Shown piece after piece: positions 28,960-38,921 of a stretch of DNA of 64,000 bases (positions are counted from its first letter, which is position 1; every line of letters starts with the position of its first letter). Source of the stretch: an uncultured Chloroflexia bacterium (GTDB lineage: Bacteria; Chloroflexota; Anaerolineae; CG2-30-64-16); assembly GCA_963810095.1 (NCBI GenBank), contig CAWEMM010000006.1, forward strand, positions 896,001 to 960,000, given 5' to 3'. Position numbers and translations under genes: made by a program. The notes below the pieces were generated by a model. The model was not told the DNA's origin and ran no database searches. It saw nothing but the letters and a program-made list of their open reading frames with translations.

Positions 28960-30416
28960 CGCTGCTAACGAACAAAGAACGCATGCAGATTAAGCGGCAG
29001 GATATGCCGACCCAGGACGCAGAGGTGCGCCAGGCGAACTTCGAAGAAGTTGCGCTGGGCTTGACGTGGGAAATGGCCCAACTGGAATCGGACCGCTGCC
29101 TCCAGTGCGCCAAGCCGCACTGCGTCGACGGCTGCCCCGTGGGCGTCCAGATCCCGCAGTTCATCAAGGCGCTGCGCGAGGGCGACTTCCTCGGCGCAGT
29201 CGAGGCGATGAAGGTCAAGAACAACCTGCCCGCCATCTGCGGCCGCGTCTGCCCCCAGGAATCACAATGCGAGGCGTACTGTATCCTCGGCAAGAAGGGC
29301 CAGCCGGTCGCCATCGGCCGGCTCGAGCGCTACGTGGGCGACTACGCGCTGCGCGAGAACGCCTGCCCGCCCGTCGCCGCACCCCCAACCGGACGCAAGG
29401 TGGCAGTCGTCGGATCGGGCCCCGCGGGCCTGACCTGCGCGGTCGACCTAGCCAAGCTGGGCCACAAGGTCACCATTTTCGAGTCGCTGCACCTGCCGGG
29501 CGGCGTGCTGATCTACGGCATCCCCGAATTCCGGTTACCCAAGAGCATCATCAACCAGGAAATCCGGACCGCCGTCGACTGGCTGGGCATCGAGCTGCGC
29601 ACCGACCACGTCATCGGCAACACCTACACGCTCGACGAACTGCTGCAGGAGTTCGACGCGATCTTCCTGGGCACGGGCGCGGGCCTGCCTTCTTTCATGC
29701 GCATCCCCGGCATCAATCTGAACGGGGTCATGTCGGCCAACGAGTTCCTGACCCGCGTCAACTTGATGAAGGGCTACAAGTTCCCGGACTACGACACGCC
29801 CGTCAAGACCGGCCGTCACGTGGCCGTGGTCGGCGCGGGCAATGTCGCAATGGACGCGGCACGCAGCGCCCGGCGCCTGCAGATGCTGTACGCGCCGGCC
29901 AACTCCAACGGCTCGGGTCATGGCGAGGTCCATCTCGTCTACCGCCGGTCGCGTGCCGAAGTGCCCGCCCGTGAGGAAGAGTTCCACCATGCCGTGGAAG
30001 AGGGCGTTATCTGCGACTTCCTCACCAATCCGGTCGAGATCATGGGCGACGAGAGGGGCAATGTCGTTGCCATGCGCTGCATCCGCATGGAACTGGGCGA
30101 GCCCGACGCTTCGGGGCGGCGCTCGCCGATCCCTATCGAAGGCTCCGAGTTCGTGATGCCGGTAGACACCGTCATCTTTGCGCTGGGCACCAGCCCCAAC
30201 CCGATCGTCTTCACCGACGCCCAGGGACTGCAGCGCACCAGGCATGGCACCGTCGTCGCCGACGCCGAAACAGGCCGGACCAAGCTCGCAGGCGTGTGGG
30301 CGGGCGGCGACGTGGTCACCGGCGCCGCAACGGTAATCAGCGCCATGGGCGCGGGCAAGCGTGCGGCGGCCGACATGCACACGTTCCTGTCCGACCCGTC
30401 ATTTGACGTGGGCTGA
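28956..30416 (+). CDS. nfnB: Nfn large subunit (GltD-like)
   Basis: RCLQC..CVDGCPV, CGRVCPQESQCE, GSGPAGL, YGIPEFRLPK, GAGNVAMD, GGDVVTGAATVISAMGAG; overlaps the nfnA stop. Confidence 0.93.
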   Translation: MTLLTNKERMQIKRQDMPTQDAEVRQANFEEVALGLTWEMAQLESDRCLQCAKPHCVDGCPVGVQIPQFIKALREGDFLGAVEAMKVKNNLPAICGRVCPQESQCEAYCILGKKGQPVAIGRLERYVGDYALRENACPPVAAPPTGRKVAVVGSGPAGLTCAVDLAKLGHKVTIFESLHLPGGVLIYGIPEFRLPKSIINQEIRTAVDWLGIELRTDHVIGNTYTLDELLQEFDAIFLGTGAGLPSFMRIPGINLNGVMSANEFLTRVNLMKGYKFPDYDTPVKTGRHVAVVGAGNVAMDAARSARRLQMLYAPANSNGSGHGEVHLVYRRSRAEVPAREEEFHHAVEEGVICDFLTNPVEIMGDERGNVVAMRCIRMELGEPDASGRRSPIPIEGSEFVMPVDTVIFALGTSPNPIVFTDAQGLQRTRHGTVVADAETGRTKLAGVWAGGDVVTGAATVISAMGAGKRAAADMHTFLSDPSFDVG

Positions 30417-30464
30417 GCTTAGCGACCGGCGCACGGCAGAACAATACTTGACTTTGAATAGGCC

Positions 30465-32465
30465 ATGAATTACACGATTCACTTCGAGCCCGGCAGCGTC
30501 GCCGTTGATGTACCCAGTGGCACCACCCTGGGCGAGGCAGCGCGCAAGGCTGGGTTCGATCTGAATCAGCCGTGCGGCGGCCAGGGCCGCTGCGGCCGCT
30601 GTGCCGTGATCGTCGACCCCGCCCGCTCTGCCGTTCGCCGCCGCTCCACCATCCGCCTCTCGGCCGACGACGTTGCGACGGGTTATGCGCTCGCCTGCCA
30701 GACCGTGGTCGAGGGCGACTGCTGGGTGACCGTACCCCAGCAGGAAACCATCGAGCGGCGGCTCGTCACGCAGAAGGCGGCGGCCCGCGTCCAGGTCCCC
30801 TTCGACTACGCCCCCGACCGCCAGCAACCCATCCGCCGCTACTTTCTGCGCCTGGACCCGCCTGACTATTCCGATCAAACGGACGACTGGTCGCGCGTGC
30901 AGCGGGAACTCGCACGCCAGGGCCTGGCGACCGTCCGGACGAGCCTGCCCGTGCTGCGCCAAATGGGCGCCGTGCTGCGTGGGGAATTGCCCGAGACGGC
31001 CAGCAACGGCGACGGCCAGGACAGAGACACCGCTTGGGAACCGTGGGAAGTCACCGCGGTCGTGGCATTGGACCGGTGGGACGCTCCCGACGGCCCGGCC
31101 GAAGTCCTCGCAATCCTGCCCGGTGATCAGGCTGACCGCAATTTCGGCGCCGCTGTCGACATTGGGACCACGACCGTCAGCATCTGGTTGGTCGACCTGG
31201 AAAGCGGCGAGGTGGTAGCCCAGGCATCCGACTACAACGGCCAGATCGCCCGCGGCGAGGACGTGATCTCCCGCATCATCTACGCTAAGAAGCCCGGTCA
31301 GCTCGAGGAGCTTCAGGCGTTGGTGGTGGGAACGATCAATCGCCTGCTGGCGGCCGCATGCAAGCAGGTGAACGCCGGGCCCGAAGAGATCTTCAAGCTG
31401 ACCGTGGCCGCGAACCCAACCATGATGCACCTCCTGCTGCTCATCCCGCCCGACCAAATCCGCCTCGCGCCATTCATCCCGACGGTGAACCACACGCCCA
31501 CCGTGAGCGCAGCGGACCTCGGCTTGGCCGCGCACCCCCAGGCGATCGTCGACTGCCTGCCCGGTGTCGCCAGTTATGTCGGGGCGGATATCAGTGCAGG
31601 CGTCCTGCATACCCAGATGCACGAGCAGCCCGACCTCACGCTCTTCATCGACATCGGCACCAACGGCGAGACGGTGCTTGGCAACGCGGACTGGCTCGTC
31701 ACCTGCGCCTGCTCGGCCGGCCCCGCTTTTGAAGGCGCGGGGGTCGAACACGGGATGCGCGCGACATTCGGTGCGATCGAAGAGGTCTGGATCAGCAGCG
31801 AGACCCTCGAGCCAAGTTACCGAGTGATCGGGCGCGGCGATGAGAAACCCAGAGGCATTTGCGGCTCCGGCCTCCTGTCGCTGCTGGCGGAGATGTTCGT
31901 GACCGGCGTGCTCGACAAAGCCGCAAACCTGCGCGTCGGCAGCACGCCTCGCATTCGCGAGGGCGAGCATGGGCCCGAATACGTCGTGGCGTGGGCCAGC
32001 GAGACGGCCCACGGGCACGACATCGCGATCACGAAAGTCGATATCGACAACCTCATGCGGGCGAAGGCGGCCATCTACGCCGGCTTCTCCGTCATGGCCC
32101 AGAGCGTGGGCGTCGACCTGGCAGACGTGTCGCAAATGCTGATCGGCGGCTCGTTCGGCCAGTACATCAACGTCGAAAAGGCCGTCCAAATCGGGCTGCT
32201 ACCCGACCTGCCCGCGCCGCCCGGTTCGGCGTCACCCTGGGACCGTTTCAAGTTTCTGGGCAACACGGCGATCCGCGGCGCATACATGGCGCTGCTCAGC
32301 CGGGACGTGCGCGCTCGCCTAAGCGAGGTCGCCGGCATGATGACCTACCTGGAGCTTTCGGCCGACAACAGCTTTTATGACGCATTCACATCCGCGCTCT
32401 TCCTGCCCCATACCGACATGACGCAGTTTCCAACGGTGGAAATGGCGTTGGCAGAGCGCAACTAG
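30465..32465 (+). CDS. acsV: Corrinoid reductive activator (RACo/ASKHA, N-terminal 2Fe-2S)
   Basis: CGGQGRCGRC..LACQ, DIGTTT, GEDVISRI, DIGTNGE, AGPAFEG, GICGSG. Confidence 0.93.
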   Translation: MNYTIHFEPGSVAVDVPSGTTLGEAARKAGFDLNQPCGGQGRCGRCAVIVDPARSAVRRRSTIRLSADDVATGYALACQTVVEGDCWVTVPQQETIERRLVTQKAAARVQVPFDYAPDRQQPIRRYFLRLDPPDYSDQTDDWSRVQRELARQGLATVRTSLPVLRQMGAVLRGELPETASNGDGQDRDTAWEPWEVTAVVALDRWDAPDGPAEVLAILPGDQADRNFGAAVDIGTTTVSIWLVDLESGEVVAQASDYNGQIARGEDVISRIIYAKKPGQLEELQALVVGTINRLLAAACKQVNAGPEEIFKLTVAANPTMMHLLLLIPPDQIRLAPFIPTVNHTPTVSAADLGLAAHPQAIVDCLPGVASYVGADISAGVLHTQMHEQPDLTLFIDIGTNGETVLGNADWLVTCACSAGPAFEGAGVEHGMRATFGAIEEVWISSETLEPSYRVIGRGDEKPRGICGSGLLSLLAEMFVTGVLDKAANLRVGSTPRIREGEHGPEYVVAWASETAHGHDIAITKVDIDNLMRAKAAIYAGFSVMAQSVGVDLADVSQMLIGGSFGQYINVEKAVQIGLLPDLPAPPGSASPWDRFKFLGNTAIRGAYMALLSRDVRARLSEVAGMMTYLELSADNSFYDAFTSALFLPHTDMTQFPTVEMALAERN

Positions 32466-32475
32466 GAACCGGAGC

Positions 32476-32547
32476 AACCTGGTTTCTCGCCCGCAAGAAA
32501 CCGGGGTTCTGTCGTCGGTGGAACTGGCACAAGAAACACCGGTTTCT
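32476..32547. repeat. REP-like palindrome, AGAAACC-GGTTT family
   Basis: AACCTGGTTTCT...AGAAACCGGGGTT...AGAAACACCGGTTTCT. Confidence 0.55.
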
Positions 32548-32563
32548 CAAGAGGAGGACACTT

Positions 32564-33145
32564 ATGGTCACCGTCGTCGAATCCGCTGACCAGCTCATCA
32601 ACTACCGGCACCTGATCACCCTGCCAGACGGGTTGCGGGTGCTATTGCGGCCGCTGGTCCCAAAGGATCGGGACGCGCTGGTGGCCCTGTTCGCCAATCT
32701 GCCCAACGAGGAAACCGCATCGTTTCGCAACAAGGTAACGCAGCCGGGCCTCGTGGCCAGCTGGGCAGAAAACCCCCAGTACGAAAGAGTTTTCCCGCTC
32801 GTCGCGGTCGTCGCGGACCGCATCGTGGGCAACTGCACGCTGCACCTCGGCAGCGGCTATACCCGGCACGTCGCCGAAGTGCGCATCTTTCTCGCGCGCG
32901 AGTTTCGGCGGCGGGGCATCGGCTCGGCCATGATCAAGTCTCACCTGGAGATCGCCCGCAAGCTGGGCCTGCACCAGGTTATCGCGGAGATCGTCGAGTC
33001 GCGCCCCCAGGTGATCCACGCTTTCGAGCGGCTCGGCTTCGAGCGCCAGTTTGCATGGAAAGACCTGTTTATGACGCCCGAGGGCGAAACCCTGGACATG
33101 ATCGTATTGGTAGACTACTTAAAGAGACCTGGAGAGACGTTCTAG
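32564..33145 (+). CDS. GNAT acetyltransferase
   Basis: LPDGLRVLLRPL..DRDAL, FRRRGIGSAM acetyl-CoA motif, FERLGF. Confidence 0.85.
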   Translation: MVTVVESADQLINYRHLITLPDGLRVLLRPLVPKDRDALVALFANLPNEETASFRNKVTQPGLVASWAENPQYERVFPLVAVVADRIVGNCTLHLGSGYTRHVAEVRIFLAREFRRRGIGSAMIKSHLEIARKLGLHQVIAEIVESRPQVIHAFERLGFERQFAWKDLFMTPEGETLDMIVLVDYLKRPGETF

Positions 33146-33892
33146 ATGACAGTGACGATTGCGGTCGCCGGCAAGGGCGGCACGGGCAAAACAACATTCT
33201 GCGGGCTGTTGGTCCGCTATCTCGTGGAAAACAAGGGCGGTAAGATCCTGGCGGTCGACGCCGACCCATCTAGCAACCTGCACCTGGTGTTGGACCTGGA
33301 TCTGCACCAGACGATCGGCGATATCCGGGAAGAGGCGCGCGCAGGCGTCACGCCCGGCACTACCCGCCAGGACTGGCTCGGATACGCGGTCCGCATGGCG
33401 GTGGAAGAGGGCGACGACTTTGACCTGCTGGCCATGGGGCGGCCCGAGGGCCAGGGCTGCTACTGCGCAGCTAACCACATCCTGCGCTCCATCATGGACG
33501 GCATCAACGCCGGCTATGATTGGGTGATCATGGACAACGAGGCCGGCATGGAGCACCTGAGCCGGCGGACGACGCGCGACGTCGACTACCTGCTCCTGGT
33601 CAGCGATGCCTCAATGCGCGGCATGGTGGCGGCCGAAGCGATGGTCAGCCTCCAAAAAGAACTGGAAATCAAGGTCAAGAACACCTTCCTGATCGTGAAC
33701 CGGGTGCAGGGCCAGCTGACCCCCGCGCTCAAGGCGAAGGCGGACGGCATGGGCGTGCCACTCCTGGCCGCGCTGCCCTACGACCCGCAGGTGGCCGAGT
33801 ACGACAGCCAGGGGAAAGCCCTGGTGGACCTGCCCGAAGATGCGCTGATGAGCCAGGCGGTGGCCGAGGTGGCGAAGAAGCTGGTCGGATAG
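33146..33892 (+). CDS. cooC: CODH/ACS nickel-insertion ATPase (CooC/AcsF)
   Basis: GKGGTGKTT, DADP, GCYC, DNEAGMEHLSR. Confidence 0.95.
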   Translation: MTVTIAVAGKGGTGKTTFCGLLVRYLVENKGGKILAVDADPSSNLHLVLDLDLHQTIGDIREEARAGVTPGTTRQDWLGYAVRMAVEEGDDFDLLAMGRPEGQGCYCAANHILRSIMDGINAGYDWVIMDNEAGMEHLSRRTTRDVDYLLLVSDASMRGMVAAEAMVSLQKELEIKVKNTFLIVNRVQGQLTPALKAKADGMGVPLLAALPYDPQVAEYDSQGKALVDLPEDALMSQAVAEVAKKLVG

Positions 33893-33912
33893 CCGCCGTC
33901 GCATAGTGTCGC

Positions 33913-33941
33913 TTGACAATACTATCGTTACATGATATTAT
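33913..33941 (+). promoter_or_regulatory. Near-consensus sigma70 promoter of higBA (leaderless)
   Basis: TTGACA-17bp-TATTAT with TG extension; GTG start 7 nt downstream. Confidence 0.75.
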
Positions 33942-33947
33942 CCCACC

Positions 33948-34232
33948 GTGATTGAGTCCTTTGGCGACCCGGAAACAGAGAAGATCTTCCGAGGCCTCGC
34001 ATCAAGGAAACTGCCGCTCGAAATGCAGAAGGCAGCGCGACGCAAACTGCTCTATCTGCACGACGCAGAACACTTGCAAGACCTGTTCGCGCCACCGGGC
34101 AATCGACTCGAGGCGCTGAAAGGCGACCGAGCGGGCCAGTACAGCATCCGGGTGAATGATCAGTGGCGCATCTGTTTCCAGTGGGACGACGCCAAGGCGA
34201 AGAATGTAGAGATCGTAGACTATCACGGGTGA
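33948..34232 (+). CDS. higB: Type II TA toxin, HigB (RelE/ParE family)
   Basis: MIESFGDPETEKIF...PPGNRLEALKGDRAGQYSIRVNDQWRICF...EIVDYH. Confidence 0.93.
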   Translation: MIESFGDPETEKIFRGLASRKLPLEMQKAARRKLLYLHDAEHLQDLFAPPGNRLEALKGDRAGQYSIRVNDQWRICFQWDDAKAKNVEIVDYHG

Positions 34233-34242
34233 GGATAGAGCA

Positions 34243-34551
34243 ATGGAACGATTGCCCCCTGTCCATCCGGGAGAGGTTCTTCTGGAGGACTTCATGAAGC
34301 CGCTCGGACTGACGCAGTACCGTGTGGCAAAGGATATCGGCGTTTCGCAACTGAGGATCAGCCAGATCATCAGGGGTAAGCGAGCGATCACGGCGGATAC
34401 TGCAATGCGGCTGGCGCGCTATTTTGCCACCAGTGCGGAGGTCTGGTTGCGTTTGCAGGCCCGATATGACCTGGAGGTCGCCGAGGCTGCGCTCGGCGAG
34501 CAGATTAACCGAGAAGTCAAGGTGCTTACGCGGGCTGTTGCCCCTTCGTGA
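34243..34551 (+). CDS. higA: Type II TA antitoxin HigA
   Basis: PVHPGEVLLEDFMKPLGLTQ...RAITADTAMRLARYF..S..WL.LQ..YDL. Confidence 0.93.
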   Translation: MERLPPVHPGEVLLEDFMKPLGLTQYRVAKDIGVSQLRISQIIRGKRAITADTAMRLARYFATSAEVWLRLQARYDLEVAEAALGEQINREVKVLTRAVAPS

Positions 34552-34557
34552 GGCCAT

Positions 34558-35583
34558 ATGCGCGCGATGATCTTGCCCGCCCTGGCTGCGCTGCAGGACA
34601 ACCCGCGGCCGCTGCGACTGGCTGACCTGCCGATCCCGCAGCCTGGACCGGGCGAGGTGCTGCTGCGGGTATCCGCCTGCGGGGTCTGCCACACGGAGCT
34701 GGACGAGATCGAGGGACGCCTGCCCCCGCCGCGCCTGCCCGTGGTGCCCGGCCATCAAGTCGTGGGGCGGGTCGCCGAGCTGGGCCAGGGCGTGGCGGGC
34801 CTGCGCACTGGAGACCGGGTGGGCGTGGCCTGGATCTACGCGGCGTGCGGGGTGTGCCGGTGGTGCCAGAGCGGGCAGGAGAACCTGTGCCCGGAGTTCC
34901 GGGCCACGGGCCGGGACGCGAACGGCGGCTATGCCGAAGCGATGGTTGCTCCGGCGGCCTTCGTCTATGCGATCCCGGAGCGTTTCACCGACGCGCAGGC
35001 CGCGCCACTCCTGTGTGCAGGGGCCATCGGCTACCGGTCGCTGCGGCTGGCAGGTATTCGTGACGGCGACGCGCTGGGCCTGACCGGTTTCGGGGCCTCG
35101 GCCCACCTGGTGCTCAAGATGGTCCGCCATCGCTTTCCGCACACGCCGGTCTACGTCTTTTCGCGCACCGAGGCCGAGCAGGCGTTCGCTCGCGAGCTGG
35201 GCGCCGCGTGGACGGGCGACACGGCGGAACGCTGCCCCGTGCCGCTCGACGCAATCATCGACACCACGCCGGCCTGGGGTCCAATCGTTCACGGGCTCGA
35301 AAGCCTGTCGCCCGGTGGCCGGCTGGTCATTAACGCTATTCGCAAAGAAGCCCGCGACCAGGATGCTTTGCTGGCTTTGGACTACCCGAAGCAGCTGTGG
35401 CTCGAAAAAGAGATCAAGAGCGTGGCAAATGTGACCCGCTCGGACGTTAGCGAGTTCCTGGCGCTTGCGGCCGAAATCCCGATCCTGCCCGAAGTGCAGG
35501 AATATCCTTTGGAAGAGGCCAACACGGCCCTGGCAGAGCTGAAGGCGCGACGGATTCGCGGCGCAAAGGTGCTGCGTATCTAG
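34558..35583 (+). CDS. Zinc-dependent alcohol dehydrogenase family protein
   Basis: CGVCHTE, PGHQVVG, CGVCRWC..ENLC, LLCAGAIGY, GFGASA. Confidence 0.9.
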   Translation: MRAMILPALAALQDNPRPLRLADLPIPQPGPGEVLLRVSACGVCHTELDEIEGRLPPPRLPVVPGHQVVGRVAELGQGVAGLRTGDRVGVAWIYAACGVCRWCQSGQENLCPEFRATGRDANGGYAEAMVAPAAFVYAIPERFTDAQAAPLLCAGAIGYRSLRLAGIRDGDALGLTGFGASAHLVLKMVRHRFPHTPVYVFSRTEAEQAFARELGAAWTGDTAERCPVPLDAIIDTTPAWGPIVHGLESLSPGGRLVINAIRKEARDQDALLALDYPKQLWLEKEIKSVANVTRSDVSEFLALAAEIPILPEVQEYPLEEANTALAELKARRIRGAKVLRI

Positions 35584-35598
35584 CGCGTCAAGGAGGGA

Positions 35599-36387
35599 AT
35601 GATGGTCGAAGACCTGACACGGGCAATCGGCAAGCTGCTTGCAAGCACAGATCCTGAAGAGGTTGCCGCCGGCCTGAGCAAGGCATGGGCGCGGCTCCCG
35701 CGCGCGTCGGCCGAGGAGAAGCGCCAGTACGTCGAGATGGCATCGGCGTTGTTCTACATCGACACGCTGGACCACCCCGAGTACTTGCCCGTGGTCGAAG
35801 ACGCGATCGGCCTGGTCGGAACAATCGGCGAACCCGGCATCCCAATCCTGATGCAGGAACTCGAAGGCGGCGACGTCAAGGCGCAGATGGCCATCGGGCA
35901 GGCCCTGGGACACATGGGCGCCACGGCCATCCCTGCACTGCTCGATCAGTATCACAATCTCTGCCCCGAGACGAGCTGCCGGGCGTTCGTGCTTTACGCG
36001 CTCGGCAAGATCAAATCGCCTCACATTGTCGAAGCACTGTCGACCGCGCTCGAAGCTGCCGGCGCGGAGGACCAGGAAGTGCGTGACAGCGCCACCCGCG
36101 CCCTGGGCAAGTTCGCGGAATCGATCCGCCCGGGCAGCCTGGCGCCGGAAGTTGTGGCCGACATTGTCGAGCGGGTGCGCACCAACCTCGCCGACGGCAG
36201 TCCTGCAATTCGCGCCAAAGCGGTTCGCACGCTGGGCAAGCTCGCGCACTACGGCCACCTTGAACCCGAGCAGTGCCAACAGCTGACCGTGACCCTGCAC
36301 CGCATCCTCGGCGAGGACGAGCATTTCGAGTGGGATCGCGCCTACGTCGTCCGCAAGGAAGCGCGCGAAGCGCTGCAGTACGTCTGA
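35599..36387 (+). CDS. HEAT-repeat protein
   Basis: Repeated ALGHMG / ALGKI / VRDSATRALGKF / IRAKAVRTLGKL units; RBS AAGGAGG. Confidence 0.8.
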   Translation: MMVEDLTRAIGKLLASTDPEEVAAGLSKAWARLPRASAEEKRQYVEMASALFYIDTLDHPEYLPVVEDAIGLVGTIGEPGIPILMQELEGGDVKAQMAIGQALGHMGATAIPALLDQYHNLCPETSCRAFVLYALGKIKSPHIVEALSTALEAAGAEDQEVRDSATRALGKFAESIRPGSLAPEVVADIVERVRTNLADGSPAIRAKAVRTLGKLAHYGHLEPEQCQQLTVTLHRILGEDEHFEWDRAYVVRKEAREALQYV

Positions 36388-36454
36388 TGCAAGATCGCCC
36401 GGTCTTCCCCGACCTGGGAGGTCTATCCGGAGCAACACACACAGGAGGAAGTCA

Positions 36455-37426
36455 ATGCGCATAATCGGTGAGAATATCCACATCCTCTCGCCCAAGGTAA
36501 AAGAGGCCGCAGGATTCGCGATTGACGCGTGGACCAAAGAAGGACTGTCGGCCGCGGAGCAGGAAGCGCTGTTGGGTCAAGCCCGGAAATTCTTCCAGGA
36601 GTCCGCTTTGCGCCAGGTTCAAGCCGGCGCATGGGCGGTCGATCTGAACATTGGCCCGCAGAAGAAAAACGGCCACCGGCTCTTGCCCTGGCTGGTCGAG
36701 ATCGTGCAAGAGGTGGTCGACGTGCCGCTGTGCCTCGATACGACCAACCTCGCGGCGATCGAAGCTGCCTGTGAGGTCGTCAAACAGCAGCCCATCATCA
36801 ACTCGACGTCGGCCGAGCCCGCCCGCCTCGAGACTGTGCCCCTGGTTGCCGCGAAGTACAACACGAAGCTCATCGCCCTGACTATGCGGTCCGAGGGCAT
36901 CCCGGTGAGCGCAGACGAGCGCGTGAACATGGCGCTGGAGCAACTCATCCCGCGCTGCGAAGAGGTGGGGCTGCCGATCGAAGACCTCATCATCGATCCG
37001 CTGGTCTTGACCGTGAGCGGCTGCCAGCAGTATGTGCCCGAATGCATCGAGGCCGTGCGCACGCTGCAGGTGACCGGCGCCGGGGTACAGGTGGGCTTGA
37101 GCAACGTCTCTAACGCCGTGCCCAACGAAATGCGCCCCCTGATCAATCGGGTTTACTGCGTGATGCTGATGGGCGCGGGTCTGAACACCATGATTGCCGA
37201 CCCGCTCGACGTGAAGCAGAACGAATTCATCCGCATCGTCGAAGAGCGGGATGACAGCACGGCGTTGGGCCGGCTGCTGCTGGCGCTGTATGACGCGGTA
37301 GCCGCAGGCGAAGAGCTTCAGGCGGACCAGGTCGACTTCAACGATCCTGACCAGGTCGCCATCTGGAAGACCGTGCAGATCCTGCTGAACAAGGTCATTT
37401 ACGCGGATTCCTACCTGCGGGTGTAG
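36455..37426 (+). CDS. acsE: Methyl-THF:corrinoid Fe-S protein methyltransferase
   Basis: IIGENIH, DLNIG, LCLDTTN, IINSTS, IIDPL, GLSNVS; located in the acs cluster. Confidence 0.88.
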   Translation: MRIIGENIHILSPKVKEAAGFAIDAWTKEGLSAAEQEALLGQARKFFQESALRQVQAGAWAVDLNIGPQKKNGHRLLPWLVEIVQEVVDVPLCLDTTNLAAIEAACEVVKQQPIINSTSAEPARLETVPLVAAKYNTKLIALTMRSEGIPVSADERVNMALEQLIPRCEEVGLPIEDLIIDPLVLTVSGCQQYVPECIEAVRTLQVTGAGVQVGLSNVSNAVPNEMRPLINRVYCVMLMGAGLNTMIADPLDVKQNEFIRIVEERDDSTALGRLLLALYDAVAAGEELQADQVDFNDPDQVAIWKTVQILLNKVIYADSYLRV

Positions 37427-37522
37427 GCCGCTGTGTCCTTTTCGGTTCTGCCGCCGGGCTGCGCCGGGCAGCAGAACCGAACAATGAGCAACGAGTGCCA
37501 TTAGGCTCAAGGGAGAGAGGTT

Positions 37523-38921
37523 ATGACTACGGTCAAAGAAGCCCGGTCACACGAACCTCCGGACATTGAAGCCCTGCTGCGCAAGGCCCAAAAACCGTCA
37601 GCCGACGCGATGCGGCTGCACTCATTCTACCGCGGCAAAATCGAGATCGTCCCCAAGGGCTGCATCAGGTCGATCGACGACTTCGCCATCTGGTACACGC
37701 CAGGTGTAGCAGCTCCGTGCAAGGCGATTGAGAAGAACCCGGACCTCGTCTACGAATATACGAGCAAGTGGAACACGGTGGCCGTCGTCTCGGACGGCAC
37801 CCGGGTCCTCGGCCTGGGTGACATCGGTCCGAAGGCCGGCCTGCCGGTGATGGAAGGCAAGGCTCTGCTCTTCAAGTGGCTCGGCGGCGTCGACGCCGTG
37901 CCCATCATGCTGGATACGAAGGACCCGGACGAGATCATCCGCACGGTCCTGCTGCTTCAGCCGTCGTTCGGCGGCATCAACCTGGAGGATCTCAGCCAGC
38001 CGAAGTGCTTCCGCATCCTGGATACGCTGCGCGAGCAAGCCGAGATCCCGGTGTGGCACGACGACCAGCAGGGCACCGCCTGCGTCACCGTAGCCGGGCC
38101 TGATCAATGCCCTCAAGATCGTCGGCAAGCCCATGCACGAGGCCAGCGTCGTCTTCATCGGCTCGGGCGCGTCGAACATCGCGATCACCCGCATCTGCTT
38201 CAAGGCGGGCGTAGACCCGGCGAAGTGCCGGGTGGTCGATAGCCAGGGCATCCTGTACGACGGCCGCCGCGACGTCTTCATGCGCCGCGCCGAGTACGTC
38301 GACAAGTGGCGGCTGTGCCAGATCACGAACACCGAGGGGCGCACCGGCGGCATCGCCGAGGCGCTGAAGGGCGCGGACGTCTGCATTGCGCTGAGCAAGC
38401 CCGGTCCCGGCACGGTCCTCCCAGAGTGGATCGAGACCATGGCCCAGGACGCCATCGTCTTTGCCTGCGCCAACCCGGTGCCCGAAATCTGGCCGTGGGA
38501 AGCGCAGGCCGCGGGCGCCGCAATCGTGGCAACGGGCCGCTCCGACTTCCCGAACCAGGTGAACAACTCGCTCGGCTTCCCCGGCATCTTCCGGGGCGCA
38601 CTGGATGTGCGGGCGAAGACCATCACGGACGAGATGTGCCTCGCTGCCGCCCATGCGCTGGCCGAGGCCGCCCCGGACGGCGGCATGGACCCCGACTGCA
38701 TCCTGCCGACAATGGTCGAGTGGGAAGTGTTCGCGAAGGAAGCGGTCGCCGTGGGCATGAAGGCGCAGGAACAGGGGCTGGCTCGGCTGGCCGTCGCCGA
38801 GGCCGACCTGTATCAACATGCGGCAGACATAATCCATCGCTCGCGTCGGCTGACCGAGATGATGATGGAAACGGGGCTAATCCCCGAGCCAGCAGGAGGA
38901 ATGAGGTGCCCCGATGTATGA
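37523..38921 (+). CDS. NAD(P)-dependent malic enzyme (frameshift near 38100)
   Basis: [58 protein letters not shown]. Confidence 0.93.

Noticed and set aside
28956-30416. Glutamate synthase small subunit gltD
   Set aside because: No gltB nearby; it is coupled to an NfnA-type gene, so it is called NfnB.
36455-37426. Dihydropteroate synthase folP
   Set aside because: It shares the pterin-binding fold, but the GLSNVS motif and acs context indicate AcsE.
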